The notes beneath the pieces were generated by a model. It was not told where the DNA came from. It was given only the letters and a program-made list of their open reading frames with translations, and searched no databases. This document shows, in pieces, positions 56,644-64,000 of a DNA stretch of 64,000 nucleotides. Every line of letters starts with the position of its first letter. The stretch's first letter is position 1. The DNA lies in the NCBI GenBank assembly GCA_051382295.1, contig JBBCAW010000023.1, forward strand, positions 14,372 through 78,371. The letters run 5' to 3'. A program made the position numbers and the translations under genes. The DNA is from Bdellovibrionota bacterium FG-1. Its GTDB lineage: Bacteria; Bdellovibrionota; UBA1018.

Positions 56644-59112
56644 TCAATCCCCGCTTGCGGAGCCAGCGAAACCAGCGTTGCGTTGAGCGGCGCCGATGTT
56701 TTTGATGTCGCGGTTAAGGCGGGTGGAGATGCCGTTACAAGTAGAAGATCCGATTTCGCCACTATTTTTAAGACCAGCATTATAGTTCGTCAACTGTACA
56801 TCATCATCTTTTAAGCCTCCCCGAGTTTTTTGAATCACTTTTCGTCTTTCAGCAGTCTCCCCACATCCCCCAATCCCCGCATCCAAACTCGAGTCCATAT
56901 TTCCCCGATCATCATCGGTCATTCCAAAAGTCGACATATCTCCCATGTAATCTTTTAGTTTCTCGATTGACGAAATCTTATTGCAAAAAGCAGTTGACCA
57001 CTGGCAATTCCCACTTTCGAGCTTATCAATATCCTGCTGCGCGATTCGGAGTTTGGCCTGGATAGCCTGCCCCGCACAATGCGCCTTCTGCTGCGCCAGC
57101 CGATCCTTAGACTCCTGCAACGGTCTGACCTTAGCATTCAAATCCGTCACACCCTGCCCTAGTCCTTTGAGGGACTCCGAAAAATCACTGCCGTGCACAT
57201 CGAGCATTTTGGGGGTCATTTGCGCCCCAATCAATTGAAGCGCACTGTTGGGAGCCTTGGGCAAGCCGTTCTCGTCATATTGCATCGGCTCGCCTTCGAC
57301 TTTAGGAATACTGATTCCACCGGCGCCCAAAGAGGCCAAAGCCGTATTCAGAGATTTCAATTTGTTGGTCAAAGCCTGGCTCTGCGCATTCATCATACTC
57401 GCCATGCGCTTCGTAAAATTGTCCGTACTTTGCACCGACTGCTGAATATAGGTCTTTTTGAAAGCCGCCACGCGAATCTTTTCTTTTTTAAGGTTCACAT
57501 CCACTTGCTGATACTTGGCAATGCAACCATCAATCCCGGAGCACTGAAAACTAATGTCCGTCCGGCCTTGCGCATCCACTCCTTTAATCAGTTGCGTGAC
57601 CTGCGCCTGCTTCACCCTTCCGTAGAGCACCCCATTGAGATTGCGCTTCAAATCCTCCAGGCAAGCAATCTGGACATTCGGGGTTTTGTCTTCACATCCT
57701 GACGTCGTCATGGGCAGATGCATCCCCGTTAAAACCGTCATCGCGCGCTCATATTGACCGGCGTAGCTACTCAACATCGTATTAGCCGATTTTTGAAGAT
57801 TATCGGATTGCGTATCCATTGCATTCATTTGCGTTTTAATCGGCCCGGACGCCATATTTTTTTCAATGCTGACCGTGTGTTGGGCCTTTTGATAGCAATA
57901 GGTCGTCTGCTTTTTGACAAATTCATGAACCTGAAAACCCGGTAAATCGAATTTAGCCAACTCCGTTCCATAGGCCTTTTCGATATCATCCGGGGTCATA
58001 ATCGTCGCCGCAGGGGCGGACATATCCACTTGGGGTGTTTGCCCTTGCTGAGTGGGTGCCTGTTTTTGAGGTGTTTGAGCAAAGATTTTGCCAAGCAGAC
58101 CCCCGAGTGCCCCCGTTTTCCCGGCCGCAGTATTACCCAGTACAGTATTCGGATCGAGCTTTCCGTTACTGGTTTTTTGAAATTGCTCATACCGGCATAA
58201 AAGATACTCCGGGCCAGAAACGTTCGGCCCGTTGGGTTTACATTGAAAGCCCGTCTGCGAATCTTTTTGAAAACATTCCGAGGCCAGGCCCATCGTCCGA
58301 TTGTCCACAAATTCTTTGAGCGCCTGCTTGGCGACGTCCACCGCCTTCATATCATTTTTGATTTTTTGAACGGCCCCCGGAATTCCTTTTTCCGAATCCA
58401 TCGACGACATCGCCGTCTTGAGATCATCACGTACTTTGAGCAACCCCTCAGCACCATTACCCCCTTCGCCACCGTTTCCACCCAAACGCTTCAAAACCTC
58501 TTGATCTTCCGACTCACGATCCGCGATCACGCCATCAAGCGTAGCCACATCTTTTTGCATCCGCTGAATATTGCTTTGATAGGCGCTCTGAACCGACGAA
58601 AGCTGTTGCGCCAGCATATCCGCCTGACCACTCATGCAACTCAGTTCGGATTTAATCGCGTCAAACTTCCCTTTTTTACACTGAATCGTCGCCAACGCCA
58701 TATCAATAGCCAGGCCTTTAGACTTGATCATGTTTTGATCGAGAATGCCGCCGGGTGCGATGTTCTCGCAGGTAAGTCCATCCACACTCGGCCCTTCATC
58801 TGAACCCGTGCAAACCGCGTTGATACCGTAACCCATCGAAGCATTCGGCGCCGTCGCCACGCCCCCTTGGCCCTGCGCGAGATTACTCAGGGATTGGAGC
58901 GCCTGATTAGCGGCATTTTGGACTTGGCTATTACAACTTTGAAACGAAGTCCCTTGGCCCGCGATTTTAGCCATGTCGAATTGGGGGGGCAAAGTCGGAT
59001 CAAAACCCGCGGCAATCGCCGTGGGATCCGTGGGATCCACCGCTTGCGCCGATGTAATCCCCAACGCAACCCAGATCGACAAAACACAAAGCGTCTCTAT
59101 GATTTGGCCCAT
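56644..59112 (-). CDS. large secreted coiled-coil, Cys-containing hypothetical protein
   Basis: Signal peptide ending AQA; Gln/Ala/Lys-rich helical composition; GGGGAG RBS before ATG 59112. Confidence 0.72.
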   Translation of the reverse strand: MGQIIETLCVLSIWVALGITSAQAVDPTDPTAIAAGFDPTLPPQFDMAKIAGQGTSFQSCNSQVQNAANQALQSLSNLAQGQGGVATAPNASMGYGINAVCTGSDEGPSVDGLTCENIAPGGILDQNMIKSKGLAIDMALATIQCKKGKFDAIKSELSCMSGQADMLAQQLSSVQSAYQSNIQRMQKDVATLDGVIADRESEDQEVLKRLGGNGGEGGNGAEGLLKVRDDLKTAMSSMDSEKGIPGAVQKIKNDMKAVDVAKQALKEFVDNRTMGLASECFQKDSQTGFQCKPNGPNVSGPEYLLCRYEQFQKTSNGKLDPNTVLGNTAAGKTGALGGLLGKIFAQTPQKQAPTQQGQTPQVDMSAPAATIMTPDDIEKAYGTELAKFDLPGFQVHEFVKKQTTYCYQKAQHTVSIEKNMASGPIKTQMNAMDTQSDNLQKSANTMLSSYAGQYERAMTVLTGMHLPMTTSGCEDKTPNVQIACLEDLKRNLNGVLYGRVKQAQVTQLIKGVDAQGRTDISFQCSGIDGCIAKYQQVDVNLKKEKIRVAAFKKTYIQQSVQSTDNFTKRMASMMNAQSQALTNKLKSLNTALASLGAGGISIPKVEGEPMQYDENGLPKAPNSALQLIGAQMTPKMLDVHGSDFSESLKGLGQGVTDLNAKVRPLQESKDRLAQQKAHCAGQAIQAKLRIAQQDIDKLESGNCQWSTAFCNKISSIEKLKDYMGDMSTFGMTDDDRGNMDSSLDAGIGGCGETAERRKVIQKTRGGLKDDDVQLTNYNAGLKNSGEIGSSTCNGISTRLNRDIKNIGAAQRNAGFAGSASGD

Positions 59113-59221
59113 AGTACAACTCCCCCGATTCAGCATCCTTATAGTGTACCGGTTGAATTCTCTTTTTGGAAATGCTGCTCTTGATAAGAATTATCGAAGA
59201 AGAAATGGGGCTTCCGACGAG

Positions 59222-59237
59222 GCTAACCTTGCGCCAA
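59222..59237 (-). promoter_or_regulatory. possible sigma-54 promoter
   Basis: Minus strand reads TTGGCGCAAGGTTAGC (GG-N10-GC). Confidence 0.45.
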
Positions 59238-59543
59238 GATTCAGTTATTTTCCACATGACCGCCATTTAACCCTCACCCTGGCGGCCGATGCGGCGTCGA
59301 AAACCCGAATCAATTCAAGGGTCCAATGAAAAATTCAAGGAATGACCGGTATCGGCCGAAAGGACTTCATCAAAACGCACCTGCGAAAAAGATGGCAGTA
59401 AGTTATTGTTAAATAAGAATAATTAAGAAAAATAATTTTTGACTTTTTTTGTCAAGATTTTGTGCGTACGATCTTATTTATCTCAACACTGTGTATTTGC
59501 ATTGACCGTTAATAAACCCGTTGTACGTTTTAGGAGGAAAAAA

Positions 59544-61460
59544 ATGAATAAATCAAAGAAAATGTCCCCGAATTGTTGGCAAACGACCGCTCTCACTTCA
59601 ACCGTGCTTGCCGCCATGGCGATGAGCACGGGCTGTGGCAGCTCGGCGACCCCGGTCGCTGCAACCGATCTATCACTCAAAGGAACCTTTGCCGCCACTG
59701 CCGCATCGGCAAGAATGGCGCAAAGAAGCCTCGCTTCACGGCTCAACCGCGGAGATCAAGAACTACGCTATCTCATTGGAGATGGGGCGCAAGCAACCGC
59801 AAGCATCGACTACACCGCGTACTCCCTTCAGTGCGCAACCTCTGACGTGCCCCCTGTTTTGGTCTCGGGCACCATCGGATCGGATGGCAAGTTCAATATC
59901 GCCATTGCCGGTGGCGGAGGCAAAGCCCTCAACTGTAACGTTCTGGACGCCACCGGAGCCGTCGCTGCGGCACTGATGCTATCGGATTCAGCCAAAACTG
60001 ATATGAACGGTAACCCTCAAGTCAATGGCTCTCCAGCCTTCAAAGCCGGGACCACGACATTAGGGGATATCACGCTCGACCTCACTACCGGTGATGCCAC
60101 CGTACCAGCGGCTCAGCCTGTCGACGAGAGCGGCGCGTCCGCCGTGATTAGTGGTGCAGCGGCCCTCGCAGGAGGCACACCGTTTGACCCGACCGGGACT
60201 TGGAAAATCACCGCCTATGATGGGACGCTTCCCACCGGAGTCACGAGTACTTGCCCCGCGCAAGTGCCAGGACAACAGAATAACAGTGGCTGCAATGGTC
60301 CTCCAGCCGATATGAATCTCTACCTCAACCGTCTCCAAGGAACCAATGTTAGCGATAGCAGCACGGTGTACGGCTTGCAGATGTGGCAAGACAGCTCGGC
60401 AGCCAACGCTCCGATCGATTCGTTCACCGCTTGCGGTGAAATGACGGGTTTGGCCGCTGCGGATCTCGCCAAAGCCGGAGTAGATCTGAGTTCGTATGGA
60501 GCCAAAAGTGGTGGTTTCACATTTCCAGCCACCATCGCGGATCCCTACGCCGGCTCAACGGCCACGATCACGGAGGGCTACAAACTCAGCACCGCTAAAG
60601 CGCAATTTACCATGCAAAATTGCGTCAATAAGACGTACTCCGGTAAGCCCGTGTTTGTTTGCGGACCTGATACCGCAGGAAACGGCAGCCCCGGCGGTCG
60701 TTATCAAGCAAGCCTCGGCGGCGGTTGCGTCAATGCCGCTGGCACGGCGGTCGACCTGGGGAATAACTGGAGCCTAGTCACCTGGGGAAGTTGCACCAGC
60801 GTTGCAACGCCAGGCCTGACTGGCTTCACGACCAGCAGTTGTGCAGGCACCTATAGCGGTGCCGCGATCACCTGCACCAATGCTTCAGGCGTGTTTAATG
60901 ACGTCGATCTCGCGACTTCACCTGCTCTTCAAACTGACCAACAAGGACATACTTGGGGGGCAGCGTTCAACTTCAGCGGAGTCGCCCCAGCCATGACCCA
61001 AGGTCAGCTCTGCTCAGTAGTGACGGATGGACTCACGAAAGCCAATTGCTATGCGATGTATTACGAACAACACATCGGGCATGGAGCTTCGGGCTGTTTG
61101 CCTCGAGTCGACATGGACTGGACTGCCACGGATCCAGCTAAGTTCGCTACCACGAACTTTAGGCCTCAATCCTTGGTCTTCATGGACAAGCTCACCTACT
61201 CCGATGCCAACACGGCTTCGATGTTGACTGAGCAATTCCAACATGAAGGGGTTCAGGTTCAGAACTCAAGTCGCCAAAACACTTGGGTCAACTGTGCCGT
61301 GGTCGAAAAAGGCGGCATGTCCTTCACGAAGGTCAGCGATACCAAGATCCTCGCGACTTACGTGTCATCGACAACGACCTCGACCCTCGACCAACCTGCC
61401 TGCGTCGCCACTTATGGCTCAGCCAAGTCGAAGTTCGTCTTCTACTTGATCAAGCAGTAA
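59544..61460 (+). CDS. Ala/Thr/Gly/Cys-rich surface lipoprotein
   Basis: AGGAGG RBS; lipobox STGC; many paired Cys; terminator follows. Confidence 0.8.
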   Translation: MNKSKKMSPNCWQTTALTSTVLAAMAMSTGCGSSATPVAATDLSLKGTFAATAASARMAQRSLASRLNRGDQELRYLIGDGAQATASIDYTAYSLQCATSDVPPVLVSGTIGSDGKFNIAIAGGGGKALNCNVLDATGAVAAALMLSDSAKTDMNGNPQVNGSPAFKAGTTTLGDITLDLTTGDATVPAAQPVDESGASAVISGAAALAGGTPFDPTGTWKITAYDGTLPTGVTSTCPAQVPGQQNNSGCNGPPADMNLYLNRLQGTNVSDSSTVYGLQMWQDSSAANAPIDSFTACGEMTGLAAADLAKAGVDLSSYGAKSGGFTFPATIADPYAGSTATITEGYKLSTAKAQFTMQNCVNKTYSGKPVFVCGPDTAGNGSPGGRYQASLGGGCVNAAGTAVDLGNNWSLVTWGSCTSVATPGLTGFTTSSCAGTYSGAAITCTNASGVFNDVDLATSPALQTDQQGHTWGAAFNFSGVAPAMTQGQLCSVVTDGLTKANCYAMYYEQHIGHGASGCLPRVDMDWTATDPAKFATTNFRPQSLVFMDKLTYSDANTASMLTEQFQHEGVQVQNSSRQNTWVNCAVVEKGGMSFTKVSDTKILATYVSSTTTSTLDQPACVATYGSAKSKFVFYLIKQ

Positions 61461-61492
61461 GTCAAACGTTCGCTTAGTTCGCATATTATGAA

Positions 61493-61537
61493 AGAGGGCC
61501 CGCTTTCCAGAAATGGAGGGTGGGCCCTCTGGTTTTT
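61493..61537. terminator. intrinsic terminator between convergent genes
   Basis: AGAGGGCCC(G)...(T)GGGCCCTCT followed by GGTTTTT. Confidence 0.75.
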
Positions 61538-62603
61538 ACGCGCGCTCAGCCGCGACTTCGCGAATCGCGCTCACGATTTGATTCAACTGCGGCACACTTG
61601 CCATTTCGAGCGTATCCGCCAGACCCACTCCTGGCACAAAGGCACCCGCCACCAAGCGGGGACGAGCCTCGAGCTCATAGAACAACTCATCGACCGTCCG
61701 ACGAATCAAGTGCTCGCCAAAGTTAGTGACTTCGGTCTCTTCATTGACATAAATCACCCGACCCGTTTTGCGAACGCTCTCCGAAATCATTTCCCAGTCA
61801 TAAGGCCAAAGAGTACGAAGGTCGATGACCTCGACCGAAAGCCCTTCAGCCCTCAGCAGATCCGCCGCCTGCACTGAAAGAGACAAAGTACGGCCATAAC
61901 TCACCACCGTGAGATGATCCCCCTCGCGTACTTTTTTAGCCTTGCCGATTTCTACGGTAAAATCCGTCAAACCTTCGGGCCAATGCGCCTTCCAAGTTTT
62001 TTGCCGCGGGTCCGTGAGGATCGGCATATCGATCATCTCTTTGAGCTGCTTTTCGTCTCCAGACTCACCCGGAATCAACTCTTGCCCACGCACACGCAAA
62101 AGCGCTTTGGGCTTCAAAAACATCGTGGGATTCGGATCTTTCAGGCACGCAATCATCAAACCATACGCATCCAAAGGCGTGGAAGGCATCACGATTTTCC
62201 AACCTGGAATATGAGTCATCGTCGCATCGAAAGAATGCGAATGATAAATCGAACCGCGAATACCACTCCCCACCGGAGTCATGATCGTCATCGGCAGATT
62301 CCAATCACCCACCGTCGCCCAACATTGCATGCCGGCAAGCTTCAGGAGGTCAATGGTGTTGTAAATGTAATCGCAAAACTGAATTTCGGCCACGCAACGA
62401 GTGCCCGCCAAGCCGAGTCCCATCGCCGCGCCCACAATACCGCGTTCATCCAGCGGGGCGTTCCAAGTCGTTTCAAGACCTTGCGTGACGGTAAAAACAC
62501 CCCCCAAAGGAGGGCCGACGTCTTCGCCAAAAATATTTTTAAGGCCGAGATTTTTTTCTCCATAATGGAGCGCCATGCGAATGGCCTGTGCCATGTTTGC
62601 CAT
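61536..62603 (-). CDS. 2-oxoacid (probably branched-chain) dehydrogenase E1 beta subunit
   Basis: GEDV...GGVF, PLDE.GIVG, EIQFCDY, YHSHS, IDLRTLWP. Confidence 0.92.
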   Translation of the reverse strand: MANMAQAIRMALHYGEKNLGLKNIFGEDVGPPLGGVFTVTQGLETTWNAPLDERGIVGAAMGLGLAGTRCVAEIQFCDYIYNTIDLLKLAGMQCWATVGDWNLPMTIMTPVGSGIRGSIYHSHSFDATMTHIPGWKIVMPSTPLDAYGLMIACLKDPNPTMFLKPKALLRVRGQELIPGESGDEKQLKEMIDMPILTDPRQKTWKAHWPEGLTDFTVEIGKAKKVREGDHLTVVSYGRTLSLSVQAADLLRAEGLSVEVIDLRTLWPYDWEMISESVRKTGRVIYVNEETEVTNFGEHLIRRTVDELFYELEARPRLVAGAFVPGVGLADTLEMASVPQLNQIVSAIREVAAERA

Positions 62604-63608
62604 TTACCAGTACCTGCCCTTCTGACCGGCGTAAGTGTGATCATAGATCGTCGAGGAATCAGGGAAGGGCTCGTGCTTCACCTTCTGCGAGAGTTCCAGC
62701 ATCTGCTGATTATACTGCTCCTTGATTTCGTCCATTTTTCCGCGAGTCAAAACTCCCGCCGCCTCGAGCTGAGCTTCAAAGGTGGTCACACAATCTTCTT
62801 CATCCTTGGCGTAATTGCAGCCCGTCGCCGAGCTGTGCCCGTAAAGACGCGAAACCTTGCATTCCATCAGGACCGGCTTGCGAGTGGTGCGGATGTATTG
62901 CATCGCTTCTTGGACGGCAAACCAGGATTCTTCAACGTCATTGCCGTTAAAATCCATCGTCTTCATCCCAAAGGCTTTGCCCCGATCACTGATCCGTTTT
63001 TCGCCATGCTGGGTGCTCGCAGGAGTGGAAATCCCCCACTGATTATTGGTCACAAGCATGAGGAGCGGAAGCTCGGCCTGGGGACGACTTGCCCAAATCA
63101 GGCATGAAGTGAAATCGCCTTCCGCCGTGCCGGCATCCCCCCCGTTCACGATGGTAATCCCGGTTCCGCCATGTTGGCGCTGCGCGATTCCAGTCCCGAT
63201 CGCCGTGAGATACTGGGTTTCAATGGTAGAAGTAACGGGTACGACGTTCCACTCGCGACGCGAAAAATGATTGCCAAAGTTTCGCCCCCCCGAAAAGGGG
63301 TCGCCGGCAACATTTTTCATCTGGCGAATGGCATCCATCGGATCCATCCCTAGCGTCGTCATGATTGGGCTCGATCGGTAATGCAAATGCATGAAGTCGT
63401 GATCCAATCCCTGGCCCTTGTTGATTTGCATCGCCAACGGGATTTGAAAAGCTTCTTCGCCAGGACCGCCAATCCAAAAATAGCCGTCGGACTGCTTATA
63501 CATTCGGATCAGACGCTCTTCCAGAACCCGAGCTTTGACCATAAAATCGTGAATTTGAACAAGAACCTTGGGCTCAAGACGGAATTTTTTGGACATGGAT
63601 TTCCCCAT
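62604..63608 (-). CDS. 2-oxoacid dehydrogenase E1 alpha subunit
   Basis: TPP motif GDAGTAEG...NNQWGIS, HYR, RLYGHSS. The longer ORF to 63821 is read-through of a repeat. Confidence 0.92.
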   Translation of the reverse strand: MGKSMSKKFRLEPKVLVQIHDFMVKARVLEERLIRMYKQSDGYFWIGGPGEEAFQIPLAMQINKGQGLDHDFMHLHYRSSPIMTTLGMDPMDAIRQMKNVAGDPFSGGRNFGNHFSRREWNVVPVTSTIETQYLTAIGTGIAQRQHGGTGITIVNGGDAGTAEGDFTSCLIWASRPQAELPLLMLVTNNQWGISTPASTQHGEKRISDRGKAFGMKTMDFNGNDVEESWFAVQEAMQYIRTTRKPVLMECKVSRLYGHSSATGCNYAKDEEDCVTTFEAQLEAAGVLTRGKMDEIKEQYNQQMLELSQKVKHEPFPDSSTIYDHTYAGQKGRYW

Positions 63609-63683
63609 AGATACCTTTTGGAACGAACACACATAACTGATCTTACCCAGTTTCTCAAGGGTGGGGGTGGAAATGCAGGGGGA

Positions 63684-63797
63684 CTCGGACTGAGTCGGGT
63701 TTACTGCCGCGCGGAGGCAGTTCGGCGCGTTCGCCTCCGACTGAGTGGGGCCTACTGCCGCATGGAGGCAGTTCGGGGCGTTCGCCTCGGACTGAGT
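63684..63797 (+). repeat. hairpin-repeat family locus E (tandem 51-bp unit x ~2.2)
   Basis: CTGCC-N7-GGCAG at 63704 and 63755; CTC(G/C)GACTGAGT at 63684, 63735 and 63786. Confidence 0.9.
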
Positions 63798-64000
63798 AAA
63801 AAAAGCCGCCCCCCTGTACAATAACGCCCCTTCCCCTTATCCTTACCTCTTAGGGGACCGCTATGAAAACTTCCCTGCTTATCCGGTTGTCACTTAATTG
63901 ATGTTTTTGAAGATTTCGCGCTGCGCGCAACGCTGTAGACTTCTCGATAGGTTAATCCAGGCCGGAGAGTTCCAAGTCCCAGTAAAGTTCGAAATGATAC

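Noticed and set aside
63609..63821. N-terminal 17-aa repeat extension of E1 alpha
   Set aside because: This is read-through of repeat locus E; E1 alpha similarity begins near MGKSMSKKF (63608).
63890..64000. 3' end of a minus-strand gene at the window edge
   Set aside because: All three minus-strand frames are briefly open; the frame and product cannot be determined.

Overview
64 kb of bacterial chromosome, most likely from a Bdellovibrionota/Oligoflexia-like organism. This is an inference from a DgcB-like FHA-GGDEF protein, PrkA, several sigma-54 promoters and many orphan secreted or lipoproteins. The backbone is housekeeping: two acyl-CoA dehydrogenases, pgi, mutL-miaA, PPDK regulatory protein, ilvE, 5'-nucleotidase, prkA, three RluA synthases, RlmI-like methyltransferase, tyrosine phenol-lyase, dapF and 2-oxoacid dehydrogenase E1 alpha/beta. 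Small accessory islets interrupt it: an AbiEii toxin, two AAA_14/DUF4143 ATPases, an XRE-HTH plus nucleotidyltransferase pair, and orphan secreted proteins. The most striking unexplained feature is a dispersed non-coding repeat family: ten TACTGCC-N7-GGCAG hairpins at five intergenic loci. Wherever two or more units occur they are exactly 51 bp apart, mostly with unrelated linkers. The stem matches the type I-F CRISPR repeat stem, the loci share a leader (ending in a perfect palindrome in two copies), and pairs of loci bracket cargo genes and abut gene fragments. I found no cas, transposase, integrase, tRNA or rRNA gene. All product calls come from motif recognition by eye; no database search was run.
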